A stretch of DNA of 64,000 bases from Octopus sinensis (GCF_006345805.1 NC_043010.1:66464001-66528000), one strand, 5' to 3'; numbered from the stretch's first letter, positions 1 to 12,651 are shown. A program made the numbers and translations. Notes: a model not told the origin generated them from the sequence alone.

Positions 1-358
1 CCAGACAAAATGCTGTACATTCTGAGTTCCTATTCCACCGAGATTGACTTTACCTTTCATCCTTTTGAGGTTATTAAGGTGGCGAGCTAGCAGAAATGTT
101 AGCACGCCGGGTGAAATGCTTAACAGTATTTTGTCTGTCTTTACGTTGTTCTGACTTCATCCTTTTGGGGTCAATAAATTAAGTACCAGTTGCGCACTGG
201 GGTTAATCTCATCGACTGCCCCCTCCCACCAAATTTCGGGCGTTGTGCCTAGAGTAGAAAAGAATAAATTAAGTACAAGTTAAGCACTGGGATTGATGTA
301 ATTGACTCACCCAATACTCTAAGATTGCTGGTCTTGTGCCAAAATTTGAAACCATTGC

Positions 359-412
<54 letters not shown>

Positions 413-1617
413 AGTTGGCAAGCTGGCAGAATCGTTAGCACGCTGGGCAAAATGCTTAGTGGCATTTTGTCTGTCTTTACGTTCCTTTCATCCTTTCGGG
501 GTCGATAAATTAAGTACCAGTGAAATTCTGGGGTTGATGTAATCGACTAGTCCCCCTCCCCCAAATCTTCAAACCTTGGGCCTATAATAGAAAGGATTTT
601 TGGCAAACTGGCAGAATCGTTAGCCCGCTGCGCAAAATGCTTAGCGGGCATTTCGTCCAGCTTTACATTCTGAGTTCAAATTCCATCGAGGTTGACTTTG
701 CCTTTCGTCCTTTTGGGGTCAATAAAATAAGTAACCAGTTGAGTGCTGAGGGGCAGTCAATGTAATTGACTATCTGCATCCCACCAAATTTCAGGCCTTG
801 GTATCAAAAGGGGTTAATGATGATGTTTAACTCTTTGTCAGCACTGATCTGGAAGACCAGTGATTAACATTGACCTACACGTGACCATCTTATCTTTTCT
901 TTCTGAAGCTGTAGTGCGACAGCATTCTATGTAACGTTACCTAGTGTGCTGTCCTTGTTTTTTTAAAAAAAAACTACCATAATGTTATTTCAGTGACATT
1001 TAGCTACTATATCTAGCAGATCAAGCAACCATGTTGAACAGTGGTTCTCAGTCTTTTTAATATCCAAGCCAGATCCAAAACATGGATTTGTTTTTAAGGG
1101 TGGGGACACCACACCAAAAAACAGTAAGACACAAGTCAATTAAAGAAAAAAAATTATATTTATAGTGGGAGGACTGTCAGGGGCCGCAGGGGGCCATGCT
1201 TGAGAACTGCTAATGTAGAAGCTCTCTCTCTCTCTCTCTCTCTCCCTCCCTCCCTCTCTCTCCATCTCTCCCTCTCTCTCTCTCTCCCTCTCTCCCCTCC
1301 CCCCCCCTCTCTCTCTCTCTCTCCCTCTCTTTCTTTCTTTTATTGGTGCTAACACATTCAGGGAATTAAAGCAATGTTCTTTTGATCATTCCTCTGCAAA
1401 AGCAAAATTTCTTGCAGGCAATTATTGCTGTATGTCTATTTTGGCTGTGTGGTTAAGAAGATTACTTTGCAACCATTTGGTTTTGAGTTCAGTCCCACGG
1501 AATAGTACTTTGGGCAAATGGTTTTTTTCTTCTTTTTTTTTCCCTACTATAGCCCTAGACTGGCCATTCTATTATGAGTGAATTTGTTAGACAGAAACTG
1601 TGTGGTAGCCTGTCATT

Positions 1618-1960
1618 TCATCATCATCATCATCATCATCATCATTTAACGTCCGCTTTCCATGCTAGCATGGGTTGGACGGTTCAACTGGGGTCTGGGG
1701 AGCCCGAAAGCTGCACCAGTCCAGTCAGATCTGGCAGTGTTTCTACAGCTGGATGCCCTTCCTAACGCCAACCACTCCGAGAGTGTAGTGGGTGATTTTA
1801 TGTGCCACCGACACAGGTGCCAGACGAGGCTGGCAAACGGCCACGCTCGGATGGTGTTTTTTATGTGCCACCGACACCGGTGCCAGACGAGGCTGGCAGA
1901 CGGCCACGCTCGGATGGTGTTTTTTATGTGCCACCGACACAGGTGCCAGACGAGGCTGGT
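1618..1960 (-). mobile_element. RTE-3'UTR-derived repeat with 63-bp internal tandem units
   Basis: (CAT)n tail followed by ttaacgtccgctttccatgctagcatgggttggacgg, with about 2.6 tandem units. Confidence 0.75.
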
Positions 1961-1984
1961 TTTATATATGTATATATATACATT

Positions 1985-2363
1985 TATTCTTTTATTTTTT
2001 TCAGTCATTTGACTTCAGCCATGCTGGAGCACTGCCTTTAGTTGAACAGATCAACCCCAGGACTTATTCTTTGTAAGTCTACTACTTATTCTATCGGGCT
2101 CTTTTTGCCGAACCGCTAGGTTACGGGGACATAAATACACCAACATTGGTTGTCAAGCGATGTGGGGGGGACAAGCACAGACATACCACACACATACATA
2201 TGATGGGCTTAATTCAGTTTCCTTCTACCAAATCCACTCACAAGGTTTTGGTTGGCCCGAGACTATTGTGGAAGACACTTACCCCAGGTGCTAAGCAGTG
2301 GGACTGAACCAGGAACCATGTGGTTGGGAAGCAAGCTCCTTACCACACAGACACGCTACGCCT
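1985..2363 (-). mobile_element. tRNA-derived SINE family A (about 400 bp, internal (TG)n)
   Basis: Head ggcgcaggagtggctgtgtggtaag...gggttcagtccc; tail cagtcaaatgactgaaacaagtaaaagag. Confidence 0.75.
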
Positions 2364-2400
2364 ATATATGCATAAAATTCTTACACAAGAATATTATTGA

Positions 2401-2443
2401 TAGGGACTTCGAAGTTTCAGCCAGTTGAGCCATCGTCAGACTA
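2401..2443 (-). ncRNA. Minimal type-I hammerhead ribozyme motif, family 1 (C3-G8)
   Basis: TAGT-CTGACGA-T-GGCT(CAACT)GGCT-GAA-ACTTCGAAGT-C-CCTA. Helix III is a perfect palindrome, the cleavage triplet is GUC, and stem I has 3 of 4 pairs. A partial second copy lies at 24239-24273. Confidence 0.7.
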
Positions 2444-2635
2444 GCTGGAACTTTGCAATCACTGTCATTGATATTCTTGTTTAAGTATTTGTCCTCTGCA
2501 AAAGTATGGAGTTCCACATCAGATTAATATAAGATTGTTTTTATTATAACTGAACATAAAAACAAACATACATACATACATACATGTATATGTATGTATG
2601 TATGTATATATGTATGTATGTATGTTCTATATATA

Positions 2636-2671
<36 letters not shown>

Positions 2672-3084
2672 GGCACAGGTGTGGCTAAGTATCAAGAAGC
2701 TTGTTTTCCAACCACATGGTTCTTGGTTCAGTCCCACTGCATGGCACCTTGGGCAAGTATCTTGTACTCTAGCCTTGGCCAACAAAAACCTTGTGAGTGG
2801 ATTTCATAGACGGAAACTGAAAGAAGCCTGTCGTATAAATAACTATTTCTATATAGATATATCTATGTGTGTCTGTTGTTGCCCTTCAGCACCGTTGACA
2901 ACCAGTGTTTGGGTGTTTACGTCCTTGTAACTTAGCGGTTCGGCAAAAGAGATAGATAGAATAAGTACCAGGTTTAAAGAAATAAGTACCGGGGTCGATC
3001 TTTTGACTAAAATTTCAAGGTGGTGTGTGTGTGTAATATAGATGTATATGTTGTGTGTATATATATATGTATATGTTGTGTGTG

Positions 3085-3122
<38 letters not shown>

Positions 3123-3136
3123 CTATATATATACAC

Positions 3137-3236
3137 NNNNNNNNNNNNNNNNNNNNNNNNNNNNNNNNNNNNNNNNNNNNNNNNNNNNNNNNNNNNNNNN
3201 NNNNNNNNNNNNNNNNNNNNNNNNNNNNNNNNNNNN
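3137..3236. other. Assembly gap (100 N)
   Basis: Run of exactly 100 N after an AT microsatellite. Confidence 0.99.
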
Positions 3237-4051
3237 ATTTCGCCCGGCGTGCTAACTTTCTGCCAGCTCGCCGCCTAGACTGTATTGCGCCTCCACTGTT
3301 TCTGCTGTTTTGTTAAGTAAGCGCTAAATTAGCCATGATCGACTGCACCTCTATGATCAAAGGCATTTCAATCTCGACCATCCACCTTTTATTTATTTTT
3401 TTATATAGTGGTATCTATTTTCTTATGTATCCTTTTTTTTTTTTTTTCTTACACGGTAGGTATGATAAGAAAAGATTTGGCTGGTATTTCTACATTGAGA
3501 CTTTTCTTATTGTTGTTACTCTTATTTAGCCTCAAGCTAGCCCTGATCTGGCACGCATATGATTAGAGACACTTCTGGTATGAGCATCACCATTTATTCA
3601 AATTCAGTGTATTTAGGGCAACATTTGTCAATGTATCCTTTTTTAAAGAGGCTGCCAAGTTTCGTTTGACGAACATTCGTTTGCACATCACGAAAGTAGT
3701 CTCAGAAGAAATTTTAACAAAATATCTTGTTGTCATCATTTTGTACAATGAAAAACATGGGGTGAATGGGATGTTAGCTGAATGAAGAGTTGTTGTTTTT
3801 TTATATATTTCGTGTTTTTTTTCCTTTTGTGGGGGGTTAAAAATTTGAATAAAACGCGACAGGTCCATGAAAAAAACCAACAAAGTAACGTCGGAAAATT
3901 CTTCTCACATTAATGATTTTATTTGGTAGCTTGTATGGCTGCGTGTAGGTGAGAGAGAGTTCGAAAGAATGAATGTATATACTGCCTATCATTTTTAGAT
4001 TAGAAGCACATTCGGTAGTTCACATCAGCCGATTGTCAATAACGTCTGATG

Positions 4052-4400
4052 TTAAGTTAAGTTAAGTTAATTTTTTGGCTCAAAAAGCAAAAAGCAAGGC
4101 CATGTAGGGGGACATGGAGTTATGTACACGGGGGTGTTCATGCAAAGAGTTCAGGCCATTTCTGGTCAAGAGAGACTTGAACCGAGGGGTCGTCGGCATC
4201 TTCACTATCTCGTCCGGGGCTTATTCCACGGATCCGCAACCCGGACGGAGAAAGTCCCTCTCCCTCGATTGAGATGAAATCGTCGCAGATAGAGCTTTTC
4301 GGAGTGACCCCGCAGCCGACGCTCTGGAGCAGGAGTGAAGAACAGCTCTTTCGAGAGGTTACACTTTCCGCTTATGTGAGTTATGACTGCGATCGGTTCT
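4052..4400 (-). mobile_element. CR1/L2-clade LINE 3' end
   Basis: Minus strand reads RLRGHSEKLYLRRFHLNRGRGTFSVRVADPWNK/xDEIVKMPTTPRFKSLLDQKWPELFA*, with one frameshift. This is the typical CR1 ORF2 C-terminus; the tail is (TTAAC)n. Confidence 0.8.
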
Positions 4401-4500
4401 CCCTAGTCCGTTAGTAACCTCTTCTTATCCTGTGACTATCCACGAGATATAAATAGCTGGGCTATCTATATCTCGTTCCTCTTTTTATTAGCAGTGTTTA

Positions 4501-4722
4501 GCCTTTAGCATTCAGATTATTCTGTCAAATGTAATGCATATTTATTCACATTGTTTTGAATTAATCGTGGATCATCTCAGAGCTTTAAGATTTCGATGAT
4601 GTAATATCATTATTTTTAGGATGATATTTATTGAGTAGGTCTAAGAGGTCGGATCTGACCGATTTGAATATAAAAACGATTGAATATCTAAGCCAGATAT
4701 GGACGGATTAAATGATGAATGG
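4501..4722. mobile_element. piggyBac-like MITE (diverged)
   Basis: cctttagcatt ... aatgatgaatgg|TTAA; a related partial copy lies at about 34240-34395. Confidence 0.45.
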
Positions 4723-5029
4723 TTAATCAATGCTTCATGAAGCAATAATCAAGAACTTTTGCCTCTTCTGTTTTCTGCTGACTTCAGACAATAAATTTGA
4801 TGTGTAGTCGTTCAGCATCAGAGGCTAGAATGCTATGACGTCACCACTCAATTTGAAAGATCTGATCTTTGTTTACGAAAACCTAATAATTAGAAACCAG
4901 ATAGAGCGCCAGATTCACATGATCCACTACGAGCTCATTCGAGCAATTAAATTAATTTCCTCGACAAAGACGTTACTGCATCCATAACATCTTTCTGTAT
5001 CATACACGCACACACCACACAAAAACACA

Positions 5030-5068
<39 letters not shown>

Positions 5069-5781
5069 ACACACACACAACACCAAGCACAACACAACGT
5101 GCACGCACACACAAAACCACACACACACACAGCACAACACAACGTGCACACACATTCACGTACACACAGAAACATGTAGATATATGCACAACACAACACA
5201 TTCACATACATACAGATAAATATATATGCGCACACTTATACCCTCACATACACACATACACACAACACACATTCACATGTTCACAGATACATGTGTACAC
5301 GCACGCACACACAGCGCTACACACAACACATTCGCTGAACGCAAATACATGTTAATACAAATACATACGCACACAAACACACACAAACATACACACACAC
5401 ACACAGACACGACACAACATACACATTCACATCCTCATACACATGCAAACATGACTCAACACACACATTACATACACACAGATACGCGTATACACGTACA
5501 CGCACACACACACACACACATATGCACACAGCTATATTTGCTCTTAAGATTGTTTGATTTGCAACTAAGATGGCGATAAAATTACAACTATGACATAACA
5601 AATAAAATACACTTCGTATTTTCTTGCGTTTGGTTGCATGACATGTCGTCTGCTCTTTTCATTAGGTCACGCAATGCAACGGCACGTCGTATGCTAAGTG
5701 TGTCGTTTGGTTTTGTACACTATTGAGGATAAAAGCATTTTCTCGTAACATTGGCAAAACTGTCTCCTTCCAGATTTAGTC

Positions 5782-5783
<2 letters not shown>

Positions 5784-5855
<72 letters not shown>

Positions 5856-5911
5856 CAGACAGACTGACAGACAGACAGACAGACAGACAGACAGGCAGAC
5901 AGGCAGACAGA

Positions 5912-5999
<88 letters not shown>

Positions 6000-6005
6000 C
6001 GATAA
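5784..6005. repeat. (AGAT)n/(AGAC)n/(AT)n compound microsatellite
   Basis: Read directly; a similar tract lies at 52072-52315. Confidence 0.95.
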
Positions 6006-6346
6006 GAAAGAAGATAAAGATATGAAAGAAGAAAAGAAAGAAAAGAAAGAACATAAGAAAGAAAAGAGAGAAGAAGAGAAAGAAAGAAAGAAAGAAAGAG
6101 AAAGATAGATACCAAGAAGAGAAAGAAAGAAAAGACGAAGAAAAAAACAAAAAGAAAGAAAAGACCAAAGCAAAAAAGAATAAAAGATAGGGATAAGAAA
6201 GGAAAGAAAGAAAGAAAGAAAGAAAGAACAGGCGTGCAGGCGTGATGGTGTGATAAGTAGTTTGCGATCCAACTACATGGTTCCGGGTTCAGTTTCACTG
6301 CATGGCACTCGGGTAGGTGCCTTCTGTTACATCTCCGAGCCGCGAA

Positions 6347-6785
6347 TTTTTTTTTTTTCTCACGAGAATTCCGGACCCCAGTTATGAACTCATTTGCATA
6401 CAGCCAATCAGAGCTCAACTATCAAACTAATTTATGAACGCATGATTATGGATCTGTAGTCTTCGAATTAGCTTTCTTATTTCTGGTTTTGAGAAGCCTA
6501 AGTTAGTACCGTGACGACATTTTAGGACAGCTGCTAATCACATGCGTGATGTCTTCCACAGAAACATGACATAGCCTAAACAAGCGGTTGCACCTTGGGA
6601 TTACAAGAGCGTCACTGTCTCTCTTATTCACTAAGTACTTTGTGGTAATCTCCTGTTCCTGGATTGCAAACGTATAGCCCTCAAAGTGTGATGTAATGTT
6701 GTGGTCTTGTGTCCAAGAGAGGCTGCGCTTCGTGTCAATTCTACTGTCTTCTTCGAGTTTCCGGGCAACATACCCATGCATAGTT
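6347..6785 (-). mobile_element. RLE-type (R4/Dong-like) non-LTR retrotransposon 3' fragment with internal deletion
   Basis: Reads MHGYVARKLEED...FEGYTFAIQEQEITTKY...RLCHVSVEDITHVISSCPKMSSRY (CCHC knuckle), then jumps to LGFSKPEIRKLIRRLQI, a 3'UTR and poly(A)12 at 6347-6358. Confidence 0.72.
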
Positions 6786-7792
6786 TTTTTATGTATGTAT
6801 GTATGTTTGTATGTATGTACGTTTGTATGTATGTACGTTTGTATGTATGTATGTAAGTATGTATGTATGTATGTATGTATGTATGTATGTATGTATGTAT
6901 GTATGTATGTATGTATGTATGTATGTGTATCTCCTTTCAGACAATAAGCATTAAATATAATCGTACATCACGTAAATAAATGGAAATGGCAGACGACATA
7001 TCACTAATAAATAAATAAATAAATAAATAAATAAAGCAAATGCTGGGAAGCATATTTTTGTGTCGTCAACATTTACAAGTGAATAATTAAGAATCGATAA
7101 GCACTCAAAAATACCATATTTTTATGAATTCCCATGCCACTGAACATTAGTTATTACCAGCAGTACGAGCGCCTTCCAGACGTTTGCCTACAATTGCATA
7201 ATAACATTTACACGTCTGATTCCCAATCTGAGTGATTTTTCTCATATTTTACGTCTTATTTCCCTTTCTATCCTTTATCTGTCGAACAGTACTCATTCAC
7301 TCAGTAAATAAATTAGAGAATAACTACAGAAACTTTCCGAAGTATGGATATTTTTTTAATGAAATTTTCTACTAACACGTTTCAGATGGAATAGATTACG
7401 ATTATAATGGAATTTGAGGCGAAAATCTTTTGGAGAGAGAAGCAGCGCTGGATTAACTATTAAGCAAAATAAGCACTCTACATGTTAACTCTACTGATAT
7501 CAATGCTAGGGGGCCCGAGGGCCCTTAATACTCGCAGTCCGCCCCTGCTTCTAAATGTATACATATTTCAAAGATGGCGGATTCGTTAGAACACCGTACA
7601 AAATGCTTCGTGGCATTTCTTCCGGTTTTACGCTGTGAGTTCAAATTCTGCCCAGGTCAACGTTGCCTTCCATCCTTTCGGAGTCGACGAAACAAGTACC
7701 AGTTTAGCAATGGGACCGACATCATCGACTAAACCCCACTCTTACCCCCAAAATTTCAGGCATTGTGCCGAAAGTAGAAAGGAGTTTATTAA

Positions 7793-8200
7793 GGCGGCAG
7801 CTGGCAGAAACATTAGCACGCCGGGCGAAATGCGTAGCCGTATTTCGTGTCCTTACGTTCTGAGTTCAAATTCCGCCGAGGTCGACTTTGCCTTTCATCC
7901 TTTCGGGGTCGATTAAATAAGTACCAGTTACGCATTGGGGTCGATATAATCGACTTAATCCGTTTGTCTGTCCTTGTTTGTCCTCTCTGTGTTTAACCCC
8001 TTGTGGGTAGTAAAGAAATATGTATTTCGTCTGCAGCTACGTTCTGAGTTCAAATTCCGCCGAGGTCGACTTTGCCTTTCATCCTTTCGGGGTCGATAAA
8101 TTAAGTACCAGTTGCGCACTGGGGTCAATATAATCGACTTAATCCGTTTGTCTGTCGTTGTTTGTTCCCTCTGTGTGTTGCCCCTTGTGGGCAGTAAAGA
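7793..8200 (+). mobile_element. tRNA-derived SINE family B, dimer
   Basis: Head ggcggcagctggcagaaac, B box gagttcaaattcc, core cctttcatcctttcggggtcgataaattaagtaccag. The second unit lacks the head. Confidence 0.78.
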
Positions 8201-8340
8201 AATAAGAAAGGACTTTATTTATCGACTCCGAAAGGATGAAAAGCAAAGTTGGCCTTTGCGGTATTTGGAGCGTAGAGCGTAGAGTATCAGAGCAAATACA
8301 TGTACTCACACGTACATGTACACACACACATACACACACA

Positions 8341-8393
<53 letters not shown>

Positions 8394-8597
8394 ACACACA
8401 CACACACACAAAGAATACGAACACATATCAGGATGTACGCTGACACACAAATAAATTAATTACAAAACAGAAGAAATATGCATAAATTCCTTCCGCCGAG
8501 GTCGACTTTGCCTTTCATCTTTTCGGGGTCGATAAATTAATCGACAGGACCCCCTCCCAAAAAATTTCGGGCCTCGTGTCTAGAGTAGAAAAGAATA

Positions 8598-8766
8598 TGC
8601 GCAGGAGTGGCTATGTGGTAAGAAGCTTGCTTACGAACCACATGGTTCCGGGTTCAGTACCACTGCGTGGCACCTTGCGCAAGTGTCTTCTATTATAGCC
8701 TCGGGCCGACCAAAGACTTGTAAGTGGATTTGATTGACGGAAACTGAAAGAAGCCTGTCGTACATA

Positions 8767-8803
<37 letters not shown>

Positions 8804-9000
8804 CCCCCCCCCTCAACATCGCTTGACAAGCGATGCTGGTGTGTTTACGTCCCCGTAACATAACGGTTCGGCAAAGGAGACCGATAGAATAAGTACTAGG
8901 CTTACAAAGACTAAGTCCTAGGGTCGATCTGCTCGACTAAAAGGTGGTGCTCCAGCATGGCCACAATCAAATGACTGAAACAAGTAAAAGAATAAAAGAG
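8598..9000 (+). mobile_element. SINE family A
   Basis: Full-length match to the family consensus seen across the window. Confidence 0.8.
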
Positions 9001-10266
9001 TATGTATAAATTCTTGTCTGTTGTAGGAAAAAGGGTTGAAATTTTCATTGGTGAGGGGAGGGGGAGGACGGGGGAAGGATGGTCGATTATATTATTTTAT
9101 CGATCTCGAAAGGATGAAAGGCAAAGTCAATAAACGGTGGAATCTGAATCAGAACGTAAAGACGGACAAAATGCCGCCGAGCATTTCATTCGGCGTGCTA
9201 ATGATTCCACCAGCACGTTGCTTTAGAAATATGTATAAATAAGTTTCAAAGAGTGGAATTTTGGTGCAAGGCCCGCAGGTTTTGGGGAGGGGCTAAGTTG
9301 ACTGAGTCGACCTCAGTCTTCAACTGGTACTTACTGTAGCGATCCGGAAAGAATAAAAGGCAAAGTCGACCCCAGCAGAATTTGAAATCAGAACGAACGT
9401 AAAGATGGATGAAATACCTATTTCTTTACTACCCACAAGGGGCTAAACACAGAGAGGACAAACAAGGACAGACAAACAGATTAAGTCGATGACATCGACC
9501 CCAGTGCGTAACTGGTACTTATTTAATCGACCCTGAAAGGATGAAAGGCAAAGTCGACCTCGGCGGAATTTGAACTCAGAACGTAAAGACAGATGAAATA
9601 CAGCTAAGCACTTCGCCCGGCGTGCTAATGATTCTGCCAGCTTGCCATCTTTGAAATATGTATACATTTAGAAGCAGGGGTGGACTGAGAGTATTCAGGG
9701 CCGTCGGGTCCCTTAGCATTGACATCAGTAGAGTTAACATGTAGAGTGCACACATACCCGCCCACACATACACATACACTCGCACGCACACACACAAGCG
9801 CTCATATATACACGCGCGCACTCACACACACGCACACGTACACACGCACACGTACACACGCACAAGCACTCACGCACGCGGACCTTTTTTCTTGAGTGCC
9901 ATTACTCTTAACACCGGTTACCCGGTTCCCATGGCGTACAAGCGACCGACATTACAATATTCTTCGCGAATGCGACGCTGGTCTGTTGCAGGGTTCAAAG
10001 CCAGAAACTTTGAATGGAGAGCACAAGGCGCTTGCATCGAATCCGGTTCTTGACTCGTACTTTATTTTATCAGCTCCGAAGGGATGAAAGCCAAATGTTA
10101 ATCTCGGCGGGATTTGAACTCAGAACGTTAAGAAATGCCGCTAAGCATTTTTTTTCCGGCGCGGTGACCATTCTGCCAGCTCACAATTTTTATACACTTA
10201 TTTATCGAAAGATGTACGAGTCAACGACCGATCTTGTGTGAGACAGTCAACTTATCGCAGATAATC

Positions 10267-10379
10267 CGTCATCATCACCATTTTGTGCATCATCATCATC
10301 ATCATCATCATCGTCGTCGTCGTCGTGGTCATCATCATCGTCGTCGTCATCATCATCATCGTCGTCGTCGTCGTCGTCG

Positions 10380-10446
<67 letters not shown>

Positions 10447-10499
10447 CGTCATCATCATCATCGTCGTCGTCGTCGTCATCATCGTCGTCGTCGTCGTCG

Positions 10500-10531
<32 letters not shown>

Positions 10532-10757
10532 GTCATCGTCGTCGTCGTCGTCCTCGTCATCATCGTCGTCGTCGTCGTCGTCATCATCGTCGTCGTCGTC
10601 GTCATCGCCGTCGTCATCATCATCGTCATCATCATCATCATCATCGTTATCATCGTCATCGTTATCATCGTCATCGTCATCATCATCATCATCATCGTCG
10701 TCGTCGTCCTCGTCGTCATCATCATCATCATCATCTTCATCACCGTCATCATCATTC
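10267..10757. repeat. About 490-bp mixed (CAT/CGT)n triplet microsatellite
   Basis: Interspersed CAT and CGT triplets with rare CCT, CAC and TAT variants. Confidence 0.95.
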
Positions 10758-10802
10758 ATGATTCTCGTTGCATTTGTGTTGTTAATGATGCTTGTTGCTT
10801 AC

Positions 10803-10823
10803 ATTTGATGCTATTTCGTGTCG
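10803..10823 (-). other. Putative 21-nt micro-exon 2 of the same minus-strand gene
   Basis: Acceptor ccttcacctttcctctgtag with a branch-like gTAAC about 35 nt upstream; exon CGACACGAAATAGCATCAAAT; donor GTAAGC at 10802-10797. Confidence 0.45.
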
Positions 10824-11138
10824 CTACAGAGGAAAGGTGAAGGTGCGTGGCCAAGAGGTTACAGCAGTGGTTTTCAACCTTCTTGATATCGGGTCTTAAT
10901 CCAAAACCTGGTTGTTGTATTTTTTAAAACGATTTTATTATCGCATATAAAGACAAACTGCGTTGGCCTTTTACAGATAACAAAAGCAATAATTACACAC
11001 TGGGAGAGAGATAGTGCTTGGAGTTTACAACAAACTATTGATACGGCAACAAGCGGCTTACCCAACATAACTGCAAACAATTGTGCTATATTCGTGGCAA
11101 CGGAGCTTCCTGTCATCTATCTCCACCATCTGTCTTAC

Positions 11139-11164
11139 CCACTTTCCTGAGTCGTCTGGCTCCT
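11139..11164 (-). other. Putative non-coding exon 1 of an unidentified minus-strand gene
   Basis: Starts about 27-30 nt after the TATA box (start approximate) and ends at the strong donor GG|GTAAGA (GT at 11138-11137). Contains no ATG. Confidence 0.45.
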
Positions 11165-11183
11165 AAAAATGCGCGCCGAACGG

Positions 11184-11283
11184 TTTTTATAGGAGACCGG
11201 AAGTCAAATTCTAGAATGTTCGAGAAAACCTTTTGCCGTCATCGCTTCTCACTGATTGGTCGGTTACTAGACCGATCACGTGA
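11184..11283 (-). promoter_or_regulatory. Minus-strand Pol II promoter (E-box, CCAAT, ETS, TATA)
   Basis: On the minus strand: TCACGTGA 11283-11276, CCAATCAG 11259-11252, ACTTCCGG 11204-11197, TATAAAAA 11191-11184. Order and spacing are canonical and the island is CpG-rich and non-repetitive. Confidence 0.6.
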
Positions 11284-11726
11284 AACTGTTGTGGTTTGCT
11301 CGTGATGTCTGACCGAGTATGCAGGGACTCAGTTTCGAATCACTGCTACAGAGCGTTTTGTCGAATACGACATAAGCAAGTTAAAGACAAGAAAAAGTGA
11401 AAGAAGGTGAGAGATCAACTCACAGAGTTTCGTCCTAACATTAAAAGAAAATTATAAAGGTAATTGGATAATGTAGTCCTACATTGTCTGAAAACAAGAT
11501 GGGATAGTCTTAGGCGGAATGCATTTTCATTTTACTCTGCTTGGTCAGCGCTGTAATCGGGATTAAACAGCCTCAGCAATGTCCGCATAGAAAACGGGTT
11601 TCTTTCGGTTAACATAAACACTTCCTGGATTTCAGTATTTGATAAGAGGACTTAAAGTGGTTGTTCTGAATAGTATATATATATATATATATATATATTT
11701 ACTTTTACATATATATATATTTACTT

Positions 11727-11767
<41 letters not shown>

Positions 11768-12221
11768 ATAAATGAAATAAAACATATATGTACGTACCTA
11801 CCTCTACATGTACATATACACGCATATATGAGTACAGGACACCAAAGGGACGTTGAACACAAAGAGAAACGAAAACATAGACACAAACCAAAGGAACTGG
11901 ACATTTTTTTAAAAACAACAAAAAAATGGAGTACAGGACAATTAACACAAAGAAAAAACCCCTTCTTCAGTCGCTAAAGCTTTCATCTACTCTACGTTTC
12001 GAAGGATAAAAGCGAGACGTATATATATATTGGCGCTGGAGTGACTGTCTGGTAAAGTAGCTTGCTTACCAACTACATGGTTCTGGGTTCAGTCCCAGTG
12101 CGGGGCAACTTGGGCAAGTGTCTTCTGCTATAGCCTCGGGCTGACCAAAGCCTTGTGAATGGATTTGGTAGATGGAAACTGAAAGAAGCCCGTCGTATAT
12201 ATGTGTGTATATATATATATA

Positions 12222-12323
<102 letters not shown>

Positions 12324-12324
12324 T

Positions 12325-12367
<43 letters not shown>

Positions 12368-12651
12368 TGTGTGTGTGTGTGTAAGTATATGTTTGTCCAC
12401 CACCACCACCACCACCATCGCTTAACAACCGATGTTGGTGTGTTTCAGCTGTAGAAATGAGTTGCAACATCACTGGTGCCAAGCGGTATCGTCCTTTGCC
12501 TTTCCTTTGGATAACATCGGTGGCGTGGAGATTGGAGGCTGGCATGCATGGGCGACTGCTGGTCTTCCATAAACAACCTTGCCCGGACTTGTGCCTGGGA
12601 GGGCAACTTTCTAGGTGCAATCCCATGGTCAGTCGTAACCGAATGGGGTCT

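Noticed and set aside
1335-1410. Minus-strand acceptor (ttttgcttttgcag) followed by a short frame and AATAAA, as a terminal exon of the orphan gene
   Set aside because: Only 11 codons with no homology; such signals arise by chance in AT-rich DNA.
3587-3883. 98-aa minus-strand ORF with a basic, transit-peptide-like stretch, as a candidate coding exon of the orphan gene
   Set aside because: Its 3' part and the only possible donor lie in a diverged dispersed repeat (related pieces at about 11460-11530 and 56260-56290), and I see no recognisable homology.
11955-12010. CTGAAGA and CGAAACGT on the minus strand (also at about 31283-31325) as a further hammerhead
   Set aside because: The two core halves are in permuted order and I could not form a convincing stem I.
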